64,000 nt of DNA from a virus. This document shows positions 28,329-38,600 of the stretch, in pieces. A program made the position numbers and the translations under genes. The stretch spans positions 32,001 through 96,000 of IMG/VR virus record IMGVR_UViG_3300005265_000001. The stretch is one strand, 5' to 3'. The notes under the pieces are model-generated. The model did no database searches. It had not been told where the DNA came from and saw only the letters and a list, made by a program, of their open reading frames with translations. Each line of letters opens with the position of its first letter. The first letter of the stretch is position 1.

Positions 28329-30575
28329 TTGGCGGCTATTGTAATTGAAAGCAAAATTGATTTTAAAGAAAACGATTTTCATCCATTATATGATGTGGAT
28401 GGAACCAATTTTGTTCATTCTAAAATTGATTTTCAGGGGATACCGTCAAAATTTTCAACTAATGAATTAACCTATGATGGGCATGTTATAGACAATTACA
28501 CACATGCCCAAAGTAACCTTTATTTACAAAGTGTTGATATTTCCCATGAAGAAGCAATAGGTTCCGCAACACGAGTTGATTCAAAACTTTATTTAATTTC
28601 AGAAATCAATGGTGATTATGATATTGACCATTATAGGTTTGTAGATACCTGGATACAATTTAAAGGTATTCCAAACAAATTTTCAACTAATGAATTAACC
28701 TATGATGGACACGTTATAGACAATCAAACAAACGCCAAGTCTAATTTGTTACTTGAAAGTTCGGGGCCAAGCGGTGAAACTGATATTAGAGATGCCATAA
28801 GAAAAACTTCTAATATTCAATTTAGTTCTGAGCATTTATTGGGATTTTATGATGTTGATGGTGTTGTTTTTGCCCATTCAAAAATTGATTTTGAAGGTAT
28901 TCCAAACAAATTTTCAACTAATGAATTAACCTATGATGGTTATACAATTGATAATCAAACAGATGCAAAGTCTAATTTATATTTTGAAAGTGATTATATA
29001 AGTAAAGAAGTTGAAGCTGGTAGGGGGGAAAGAATTGAAACTAAAAAGGTTTTTAATGTAACACTTGAATGTGAAATAGATGATAATGTTAGTATTTTTG
29101 ATATTTCTTTACCAACAGAAACATCATTATCATATTTTTTACAAGTTGATAGATATTTTTATAATTTAGGGTTAGATGGAATTGCGGAAATATCCGCCAC
29201 AGAACCGCATTTGGGAAAGGTTTTAGAAGCAATTCCAATTGAAAGTGATACTGAAATTAATGCTGTATTTGCGGAAGAATATTGGGCAACCCCCGGAAAT
29301 GTAGAATCTATTTCAGAAATTTCAAATGGATTATATGTAGATAAAATACTTTATGGCAATCTTTTTAATTCAGAAACTAACATTGGTTTTGATTATGTTG
29401 TAGATGTTTATATAAATGAAAATTTATTAAATATTTCTACTGAACTTATTTCAGAATTGGCAGTTGGTGTTTTGGTAGAACCAACTGAATTAAATGTTGA
29501 TTCTAATATAGATGCCACACAATTTTTGAATATAAATGCTTTTCCTGGGCCTATTGAATCTATAACTGAATTAATTGGATTTTATACACAAGACACTATT
29601 ATTATGAATCCCACCCTTATAAGTGAGGGTGAAAATAAATTTGATTCACTTATTTTAGAAGTATTTGGTGATTATTTCAATTCAATTGGAAGTTTTGATT
29701 TTAATATTGTTAAAGGTCTTGTAATTATTCCCAATTCTTTGAAACTTTCTACTGATATATCTTTTAATTTAGAGGTTGGGTGGATAAATATACATGCAAT
29801 TGTAATGTATTCTAATTTATCTCTTGGGGCACATGCGGCAACTGATACACTTATATATCCAAACCCATTAAATTCAATAAATTCTTTAAATTATTATCAA
29901 ATAACTGATCTCATAGTTAGGGATTTTGATTTAGAAAGTATTGCTAAATTAAAATATTTGCCCGATACAGTTGTAAATTTAAAAGACCCGATTCTATCAA
30001 ATTCGGAAGTATTATATTTATTAGGGGATTTAAAAGGGCCTCCATTACACACAAACACTGAAATTAAGTATAATTTTGAAATTTATTATACAAAAAAACC
30101 TGGACATGATTATTTAGTAAGTATAGAGCGGTTAGGGAAAAGAAGTCAAGAATTATTTTCCCAAAAAACTCAAAAAACAATAGGAAATGGGGTAGATTTT
30201 CCGTTTAAATATGATAAAGAGGGGCTTGATACAAATGCTGGACTTGAATTGATAAACGATTCGATTGAAATGATACTTTCAACTTGTAAGGGGTCGAGAT
30301 TTTTTGAACCTGAATTTGGGTCAAATTTATGTAAAATGGCCTTTGAGCCAATTGATGAATTGTTTTTTGAGAGATTAAAAATTGAAGTTGTTGATGCGTT
30401 AAGAAAATGGGAAAAAAGAATAAAAATTAAAAGGGTTGAATTATCAGATAAAGATGAAAACTTGATAAATAATGGAATAGTATATATTAAAATATTTTAT
30501 TCCATTAGAAACACACAAATAGAGGGTAACTATGTTTATCCATTTAGAACAAAAGAATTTTATGAAAGACAATAA
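28329..30575 (+). CDS. Repeat-extended protein with C-terminal gp25/GPW baseplate domain, copy A
   Basis: INDSIEMILSTCKGSRFFEPEFGSNL...FEPID...RKWEKRI. Confidence 0.8.
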   Translation: MAAIVIESKIDFKENDFHPLYDVDGTNFVHSKIDFQGIPSKFSTNELTYDGHVIDNYTHAQSNLYLQSVDISHEEAIGSATRVDSKLYLISEINGDYDIDHYRFVDTWIQFKGIPNKFSTNELTYDGHVIDNQTNAKSNLLLESSGPSGETDIRDAIRKTSNIQFSSEHLLGFYDVDGVVFAHSKIDFEGIPNKFSTNELTYDGYTIDNQTDAKSNLYFESDYISKEVEAGRGERIETKKVFNVTLECEIDDNVSIFDISLPTETSLSYFLQVDRYFYNLGLDGIAEISATEPHLGKVLEAIPIESDTEINAVFAEEYWATPGNVESISEISNGLYVDKILYGNLFNSETNIGFDYVVDVYINENLLNISTELISELAVGVLVEPTELNVDSNIDATQFLNINAFPGPIESITELIGFYTQDTIIMNPTLISEGENKFDSLILEVFGDYFNSIGSFDFNIVKGLVIIPNSLKLSTDISFNLEVGWINIHAIVMYSNLSLGAHAATDTLIYPNPLNSINSLNYYQITDLIVRDFDLESIAKLKYLPDTVVNLKDPILSNSEVLYLLGDLKGPPLHTNTEIKYNFEIYYTKKPGHDYLVSIERLGKRSQELFSQKTQKTIGNGVDFPFKYDKEGLDTNAGLELINDSIEMILSTCKGSRFFEPEFGSNLCKMAFEPIDELFFERLKIEVVDALRKWEKRIKIKRVELSDKDENLINNGIVYIKIFYSIRNTQIEGNYVYPFRTKEFYERQ
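28449..28940 (+). repeat. Three internal repeats (KFSTNELTYDG..IDN) at about 76-77 aa spacing
   Basis: aaattttcaactaatgaattaacctatgatgg at 28449, 28677 and 28908. Confidence 0.85.
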
Positions 30576-30593
30576 AAATAGGAGATTTTAAAA

Positions 30594-31526
30594 ATGGCAC
30601 ATAAAAAAATTATAACACCTGAAGTATTAAAGGAATTGTTATATAAAGGAAGTAGTTCTACGGGAATTTACAGCACAGGAAGAACGTTAAAAGTTTATTT
30701 AATGAATGATTCTTTTGTGTTTAATCCGGCCACTCATAAACAGTGGCCTAATGTTTCTTCTTATGTTCTACCTTCTGGAAATGGGTATTCTCCAAAGTCG
30801 CATTATTTTAATTCTCGGGCACATTGGGCGAATTATTCATATAATACCGCAAAATTATATTACTATCCTGGGGATAGTTGGGCGTCATGGACAGCAAGCG
30901 GGGGGAGTATAGGACCCACAAATGGGGCAATATTGTGGCTTGATTATTCAAGTCATGATTATATATGGGCGTATGTTGATTTTGGTGGAAGTATTACTAT
31001 TCCCGATGGAGAAAGTTTGGTAATAAAAAATATAGATGCTTTTTATTTTAATGATTTATCTACAAGTTGTATTTATAAAGATATTGTGGTTTCAGCACAA
31101 CAAAATTCATTATACATGACAGATATAAATGGTCATAATACACGATTATATTTAATGCAGTCTGGATTTACATGGAATCCTAATGTAAAAAAATGGGATG
31201 ATATTTCCTCACAAGCGTTAGCGTCTGGAAATGGTTATACGGCTGGAACAAAATTGAGTTATGTATCTTGTGGAGCTACAACTTCGGGAGAACTTTATAG
31301 TTATATAAAATATGGAGATTTAATATTTGCGGCAAATGGGGGACCTATTGGGCCGTCACCTGGGGCTATTATAATGGCATATAAAAGTGTTTATGTAGGT
31401 TCAACAACTATAAACAATCCAATTTTGGGGTATATAGATTTTGGTGGGGATAAAACCGCAAATGATGGAGACAATTTTGTTATTAACAATATAATGTTTA
31501 AACTATCTTCAAAAGATACTATTTAA
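30594..31526 (+). CDS. Virion protein with two tandem ORF-53267 domains, paralog of 27306
   Basis: LPSGNGYS...WTASGGSIGPT.GA; LASGNGYT...GGPIGPSPGA...LGYIDFG. Confidence 0.7.
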   Translation: MAHKKIITPEVLKELLYKGSSSTGIYSTGRTLKVYLMNDSFVFNPATHKQWPNVSSYVLPSGNGYSPKSHYFNSRAHWANYSYNTAKLYYYPGDSWASWTASGGSIGPTNGAILWLDYSSHDYIWAYVDFGGSITIPDGESLVIKNIDAFYFNDLSTSCIYKDIVVSAQQNSLYMTDINGHNTRLYLMQSGFTWNPNVKKWDDISSQALASGNGYTAGTKLSYVSCGATTSGELYSYIKYGDLIFAANGGPIGPSPGAIIMAYKSVYVGSTTINNPILGYIDFGGDKTANDGDNFVINNIMFKLSSKDTI

Positions 31527-31537
31527 AAAAGTGAATT

Positions 31538-33433
31538 ATGGAATTTGATGTTTTATATTCAACAGGATTTATAACAAACGGTGTTGGAAAAATTTCCAAT
31601 GATTCTGTTCTTGTAAATAGATACGATGTAACAGATTTTATAGTTCCTGCTAATGGTAAAATATCAAATGATTCTGTTCTTGTAAATAGATACGATGTAA
31701 CAGATTTTATCATTTCCGCTAATGGTAAAATATCAAATGATTCTGTTCTTGTAAATAGATACGATGTAACAGATTTTATAGTTCCCGCTAATGGAAAGGT
31801 TTCTAATGATTCCATTTTGGTAAACGCAAACCGTGGAATTGCTTTTAGATTGAGGGGTGCATATAATTATGAGCAATTAATTGATGAGCCTGAAAAAGTT
31901 ACTATTGATGGATATGCCGATTTAGATTTTAGTCATTTAGCAATTGATAAAATAATGACAAATTCAGAAGTTGATTCAACATCAGAATTGACTTCAATGG
32001 AACCTCATTTAGGAAATGTATTAAATGCAGATTCTTTAAATTCAATAGCTGAATTAACTGGTGGGAATTATTTTGAAGAGTATTGGGCCATTCCAACATC
32101 TAATTTGGGCATAAGTAGTCAAATTTCAAATACATTACTTGTTGATAAACTATTTTACGGTCTTGTTTTAGAATTAAATACTCAATTATCCAATTCATTA
32201 GTAGTTGACAGAATTTTTTATGAAAACAATTTTGAATCAAATGGAGAAATTCTAAACGATTTGGCCGTTGGTTTTTCTAATCTTAACAGCACAATTTTAT
32301 CACAAACATCATTAGAATCAAGTCAATTTATTAATAATAATGTTTATGTATCTGAACTTGATGGAAATACTGAAATTGATTTTTCAAGTGTTGGTATAGA
32401 TATTTTAGTTTTTCCATTGAATATTGTTTTAGACATTTTATTTGATTCTATAAATATGGAACAAGCGGTAAATCCATTAACAACCAATAGTAGTTTGGAT
32501 AGTCAACTTTCAACGGGTGTGGTTGAAGCCGTTCCAATGATATCAACTGCTAATATTGGGTTTGATGGTTTAGTTTTTGAATTTGAAAATTTGGCACCAT
32601 TTAACTCAAATACAAATATAACTTTCAATCTTGAAGAAGATGTAATTTCTCATGTTTTAGATACAAATTCTGATTTAGATTTTGATGGAGCAATAAGCGA
32701 TGTCATTATTAGGCCGTCCGAATTGACAACAGGAAATTCCTTATATTATTTAAAAATAATAGATGTTTTTATAAATAATGGTGTCATAAATGCTCAATCT
32801 GATTTAAGTTTCCTACCAGACACCAATATATATTTAACGGAGGCGATTTCTACAAATTTAATGTTGTTATATATGTTGGGGGAATTAAAAACCAGCAAAT
32901 TAACAACATATAGTAGATTAACATACAACATTGGAATTTTTTATGATAAATTAACTGGACATGATTATTTTGTAAAAACTGAACGATTTAATTATAGAGA
33001 GGAAAATAAAGAAATTTTAGAAAAAACGGGCAAAATAATAGGAACGGGGGTTGATTTTCCTTTTGAATACGATCATTATGGTGTTGATAGAAATGTTGGT
33101 ATTGAGGTAATAAATGATTCAATTGAAATGATTTTGTCAACTTGTAAGGGGTCAAGATTTTTTGAACCTGAATTTGGGTCGAATTTATGTAGATTGGTTT
33201 TTGAACCGATTGATAATATTTTGTTTGAAAAATTAAAGGTAGAAGTTGTTGATGCTTTGAGAAAATGGGAAAAAAGAATAAAAATAAGAAAGGTAGAAAT
33301 TTCAGATAAAGATATGAACGCTATAAATAATGGTATTGTTTATATAACTGTTTATTATTTAATCCGAAATACACAAATTGAAGGAAATTATGTTTATCCA
33401 TTCAAAACAGAAAATTATTATAAAAGGATTTAG
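31538..33433 (+). CDS. Repeat-extended protein with C-terminal gp25/GPW baseplate domain, copy B
   Basis: gp25 domain nearly identical to copy A. Confidence 0.8.
   Translation: MEFDVLYSTGFITNGVGKISNDSVLVNRYDVTDFIVPANGKISNDSVLVNRYDVTDFIISANGKISNDSVLVNRYDVTDFIVPANGKVSNDSILVNANRGIAFRLRGAYNYEQLIDEPEKVTIDGYADLDFSHLAIDKIMTNSEVDSTSELTSMEPHLGNVLNADSLNSIAELTGGNYFEEYWAIPTSNLGISSQISNTLLVDKLFYGLVLELNTQLSNSLVVDRIFYENNFESNGEILNDLAVGFSNLNSTILSQTSLESSQFINNNVYVSELDGNTEIDFSSVGIDILVFPLNIVLDILFDSINMEQAVNPLTTNSSLDSQLSTGVVEAVPMISTANIGFDGLVFEFENLAPFNSNTNITFNLEEDVISHVLDTNSDLDFDGAISDVIIRPSELTTGNSLYYLKIIDVFINNGVINAQSDLSFLPDTNIYLTEAISTNLMLLYMLGELKTSKLTTYSRLTYNIGIFYDKLTGHDYFVKTERFNYREENKEILEKTGKIIGTGVDFPFEYDHYGVDRNVGIEVINDSIEMILSTCKGSRFFEPEFGSNLCRLVFEPIDNILFEKLKVEVVDALRKWEKRIKIRKVEISDKDMNAINNGIVYITVYYLIRNTQIEGNYVYPFKTENYYKRI
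31586..31825 (+). repeat. 69-bp tandem repeat, about 3.3 copies (NGKISNDSVLVNRYDVTDFIVPA)
   Basis: aatgattc at 31598, 31667, 31736 and 31805. Confidence 0.9.
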
Positions 33434-33436
33434 AAA

Positions 33437-35113
33437 GTGTCTTTATTAGTATTATTTAATCAACCAGTTGAAGAGTATATATTAGAATCAACAGGTGAAT
33501 TAAATGCAACATATTTTATAGGTATTGAAAATATAGTTGTAGCAAATCCTTTAGAAACCACCGGATCATTACAAAGTGAATTAGGCAGTAATGATTTAAA
33601 TTTAATTGCAGATGCGCTAAATTCAACTTCGATACAATCTTTTAATGGGGTATCACTTGGAAATGTTATAAATACAAGTGAATTAAATGCCATTACCACA
33701 AATTTATTTGATAGTTTAGTAATAGATTCAATATTAAACGCCACAGAATTAAGTGCAAATACAGAAATTCTTGAACCTAATACTTATTTAAATTTAAACG
33801 TCGATGTTTTAAATGTAGTTTCAAGTCAATTATATTCGAGTGTTGTTACTGATAATGGAGTAATTGCTACACCATTAGAAACAAATTCAGAAATTGATTT
33901 TGCAAATATAGCAATTGGAGAAGTTGTAAGTGTCAATAATTTGACAGCAAATTCAAGTATTTTGTTTAGTAATATTATACTTGGAAATGTTGTAAATGCC
34001 GATGTGGTAAATGCAACATCACAAATTCAAGGCATTATGGCCGTATCAAATCAAGACACGGTTTTGGAAACAAATTCTCAAACACTTTTCACACAATTTA
34101 CTAATGTTCTTATTACAAATCCAACATTAACTTTAAATGTTTCATTAGATGGTCTTCAAATCGGTAAAAAAGTAATAAATGCCGTTCCTTTTGAGGCTAA
34201 TGTTGAAATTTTGGCAATTACAAATAAATTGATATATGCTGAACCATTAACACTTAATTCTTTAATAAAATTTTCAAAATTTCATTCTCATCCGGTTCAA
34301 AGTGAACATCCAAAAGATGAATATACTGAATTTGATTTATATAAACTGTTTCCAAACTATGTCCAATTTGTAGATAATTATGTATCTGATTATCCTTATT
34401 TAATGGCATTTGCAAGAATTTTTACAAAAAACACGAAAGTTCCAAACAGTCCAATTGTGGCTGATGACGGGGTTTTTGATTTATTATTGAAAGCAACAGA
34501 TGATTTGATTAAATTATTTTCAATAGAAGACGTTCCCGAAAAATTTATTGATTATTTAGCACATTTACTTGGACATACAAATTTTAAGAATGAAGATATA
34601 GATAATCAACGCAAACGTTTGAAAAATTTAATATATTATTATCAAAGAAGGGGGACAAAAAGAAGTCTTGATGGAATATTTAGAGAAACAAAAATTGATT
34701 ATGAATTGGTTAATCAAGTCTATAATTTGGCGTCAACAAGTTTTAATGGGAGGTTGTCTTTCTTTGATTGCGCTTTAGAAGATGAAAAATATTGGCACGA
34801 AGGGTCATTATTAATCAAAATGTTTACTATTATAAATGGGGTAAATTTTGAGGTGTTAAAAGAACGGGTTAAAGATGTAATTCCATTGGGATTTATTGTT
34901 TGGTATCTATTATATTTATATAGATTTTTTGATTATCAATTAGTAATAAATCATTCATATTCAATGACAATACCAGAAGAAGATTTGAATATTTTTAAAT
35001 ATAGCGAAAATTGGAAATGGAATAATACATGGGTTAGATTTTCTAATAGTGATTTTAAATTTAATACGGTCCCATTGAATTTGAGGGCTGATACAGATTA
35101 TCACTTTGTATAA
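33437..35113 (+). CDS. Repeat-extended baseplate wedge protein with P2 gpI/gp7-like C-terminal domain
   Basis: PEKFIDYLAHLLG...RKRLKNLIYYYQRRGT. Confidence 0.7.
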   Translation: MSLLVLFNQPVEEYILESTGELNATYFIGIENIVVANPLETTGSLQSELGSNDLNLIADALNSTSIQSFNGVSLGNVINTSELNAITTNLFDSLVIDSILNATELSANTEILEPNTYLNLNVDVLNVVSSQLYSSVVTDNGVIATPLETNSEIDFANIAIGEVVSVNNLTANSSILFSNIILGNVVNADVVNATSQIQGIMAVSNQDTVLETNSQTLFTQFTNVLITNPTLTLNVSLDGLQIGKKVINAVPFEANVEILAITNKLIYAEPLTLNSLIKFSKFHSHPVQSEHPKDEYTEFDLYKLFPNYVQFVDNYVSDYPYLMAFARIFTKNTKVPNSPIVADDGVFDLLLKATDDLIKLFSIEDVPEKFIDYLAHLLGHTNFKNEDIDNQRKRLKNLIYYYQRRGTKRSLDGIFRETKIDYELVNQVYNLASTSFNGRLSFFDCALEDEKYWHEGSLLIKMFTIINGVNFEVLKERVKDVIPLGFIVWYLLYLYRFFDYQLVINHSYSMTIPEEDLNIFKYSENWKWNNTWVRFSNSDFKFNTVPLNLRADTDYHFV

Positions 35114-35128
35114 AAGGAGAAAAATTAA

Positions 35129-35650
35129 ATGTCAACTGGAATAACAACAAATTATAGCAAAATACATAATGGAATAAGATTCAAAAATCAAACACTTTGG
35201 ATGGCAATAGGTAGAACTACACCGTGGACTAATGAATCAAGTCCACCGGCTGAAACATCCACCACAACTTCAATTGATGAAATTAAAGGATTTGTAAAAA
35301 TTACAAATAAATCAATGGTTTATGAAGTTTCAAGTGGTGAAGATATTGTGGTTTTGGGAAATAAATATAAATTTTCATCCGATAATGATGCTTATTCCAA
35401 TAATGCAAAATTTGTCTATCTTAAAGGTGAAATTTTAAATAGTTATTTTATTGAAACACCATTTTTTAAATATAGACAAATAGGAATATATTCTAATTTA
35501 GTTCCTGTTACTGGACATGAGGGTGATTTGTATTTGGACCCAAGTAATGTTTCAGATGCGGGAATTTTGGAATATTATTCAAATGAACAACCAATTGAAC
35601 GTAGAAACGATAGAAAAGATGTTTTTGAGTTTATTTTAGAATTTTTTTAA
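35129..35650 (+). CDS. Baseplate wedge protein, gp8-like
   Basis: LWMAIGRTTPWTNESSPP; YRQIGI; C-terminal FILEF. Confidence 0.65.
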   Translation: MSTGITTNYSKIHNGIRFKNQTLWMAIGRTTPWTNESSPPAETSTTTSIDEIKGFVKITNKSMVYEVSSGEDIVVLGNKYKFSSDNDAYSNNAKFVYLKGEILNSYFIETPFFKYRQIGIYSNLVPVTGHEGDLYLDPSNVSDAGILEYYSNEQPIERRNDRKDVFEFILEFF

Positions 35651-35662
35651 AGAGGTAGAAAA

Positions 35663-38600
35663 ATGAGTTACTACAAAAGATATATAAAACCGCTTGAAGG
35701 TCCTAAAGATGTTGTGATATCTTGGACGGGAGATGTTGGAACAAGAACCTATTATTATGAAATCACCGTTTATAATCTTGACGGGGAATCAACGTCTTCT
35801 GGATTGATTTCAATTCCGAATTGTAAAGATGTTCTTGATGATTTGAATAAAGTCACTTTAACATGGAATAAAGTTAAAGGGGCTAAAGGATATAGAGTTT
35901 ATGGAAGAGATTTAAATTCAAGAACATTGATTAAAGATATTACAAATCCTGACATTACAAGTTATGTAGATAATGGTCTCGATTCTCCCGATGGCACAAC
36001 CCACGTCCCAACAGTAAATAGAACACATAGATTGGAATGGGATGAATTGTTATTTAGAGAAGGAAAAATAATTCAATCGGCTGAATTAAATGATATTCAA
36101 GGAATTTCTAATATCAATTTGCAGAGGTTGGGAGATAGATTTTATAATGATGGCGATATTATTAGTGGGGCACAATTAGTCACAAAACAATACAAAAGTT
36201 TGCAAATTACTAATATTTCAGGTGATTTTGAATTAAATGAATTAATTACTGGACAAACTTCTGGAACAAGTGGGAAACTTGTAAATACTGATAACAACAC
36301 CTATATTTTTGTGAGTGATTATAATGGCAGTTTTTCAGTTGGAGAAACAGTAATTGGGGGAACTTCGGGTAATACGGCGGTTATTTCTGGAATTTTGGAT
36401 CATTATGAGGCATATATAACAGATGGTGAAATATATCTTTTAGGAAAAATTAGAAATGTTGAAGGAACAAAAAATCCAATTGTTTTGACTGGAAGTGGAA
36501 TTGAAAAAATTGGGCTAAAATATGAAGAAAAAATAATAACTGAAAGTGATGATTCAATTTTACTTGACCCGGCAGAGGGCGTTCCTAATTATGGAAAACC
36601 TGGGGCGCATAGATTAACTTATGATTTTACATGGATTAAAGATGATCCTAATATGGTTGAAGTTTTTCAATTAAAAGATGGGAAACAATCAATTAGACGG
36701 GCAAGTATGAGTGAATTGGAAAAATCACTTGCACGAAGAACTTATGACGAAAGTGGGAACTATACAGTTACAGATGTTAAATTAACAGCTAAAAATCTTA
36801 CGAGTTCAAAATTTGAATTGTGGCTTGATCCAATGAAATGTTATGTTTTGGGATATGAATTGGAAAAAATAAATCCCGAAAAAATTGAAATTGATAGGAC
36901 ACTTGATAAGCAATATCAAGACGATGTTCAATTTCAATATACGGCACCAACACCAAATTTTATATATTTGGGAAATGAATTTATTTCTGATGTTGTAAAT
37001 GTTACTGGAATTAAGACAATTTCGGATGAAATGCAGTCTTTTGGGGCGTCGGCACCCAATAATCAAGTAACATTAAATCATACACCTGTATTTACGGTTG
37101 ATAGTATATGGTCTGGGCCGGGGGAAACAGGAACACAATTTATTGAGGGAAGTGATTGGGAACGAAATGGTAACACTGTTACAAATTTAACTGGAACAGC
37201 ACAAACATGGTATATCAATTATAAATACAATGCCTCTTTCCAAAAGGCAGTTAGAACGAAAACACATGAAACTGAAACTGGACTTGATTTTACCACAACA
37301 AATCCGGTCACTTTATCTCATTCTGATTTAATTAAAGTTACAGATTGTTATCAAGGGGCCGTTCATTATTCCGAAGGTGTGGATTTTGAAATAGATAACG
37401 GTCAAACTGATACGGCATATAATAACGCTACAATAACATGGTTGGGGGGAACTTTACCAACAAACTTAACACTTGAATATGATTATTGGGCACATACAGT
37501 TGAAGGGGATTATGTAAGTGCGGATTCTTATGATGTCTATGATGAAATTTTATCATATAAAGGGCAAAATTTAAGAGATGTTATTGATTTTAGAACAAAT
37601 GGGGAAAAACCGGCAAATCCTTCCGTTGTAGTGGTTGATTTTAATTATTATTTATCACGGGTTGATTTGGTTTATATTGATAGCAATGGAATTTTTAATT
37701 ATCAAAAAGGAAAACCAGAATTTAATCCAATTAGGCCAAAAGAGAAAGATGAGGTTTTGTATATTGCCGAAATTTGGTTGCCTCCATATATTTATAGCAT
37801 TGATGATGTTGCAATTGCATATAGAGAACCAAAAAGATTTACAATGCACGATATTCATTTATTGGAACATCGTATTGACCAATTGGAATATTATCAATCT
37901 TTGAATCAACTTGAAAATGAAGCTAATTATGAACCAACTGCTTATAATAAATCGGGAATTTTTGTGGATAATTTTACAGGTCATTCAAGAGGTGACGTAA
38001 ATCATCCTTCTTATAATTGCTCAATAGATGAAAAAGATAAGGAAATGTTATTGTCATTTACTTATGAAATTAAACAGTTGGAATATGAGCCTTCATTAAC
38101 TTCGGGTATTAAAACAGACAATGAAAAATTGTTTACACTTGGATATACAGAAGAAGAGTGGTTAAAACAACCATTTGCAACTGATTTTATAAATGTCAAT
38201 CCCTACGATGTTTTTGAATGGACGGGGGTAATGAAATTAACACCTGAAACTGATTTTTGGGTTGATACAGAACGTGTTCCTGATATTCAGGTTGATTTTG
38301 ATAATAATAACGCTGGATGGAAAAACGATGGATGGAAAAAATATTACGGAAGTTGGAGGGGACATTGGACAGGGTGGCATAGATACGCAAGAAATTGGCC
38401 TTATCATAAATCAAAACAATTTCCAAACGGGTCACAAATGAGAAATTTGTATGTGGCTAAAAGAACAGTAACAGCAATTAAACACGTTCCAAACACAGTA
38501 ACAAAATCACTTGGGGATAGAGTGGTTGATGTTAGTATTATTCCATACATTAGACAAAGACCAATTAGTGTGACTTGTGAACGAATGAGACCTGATACCG

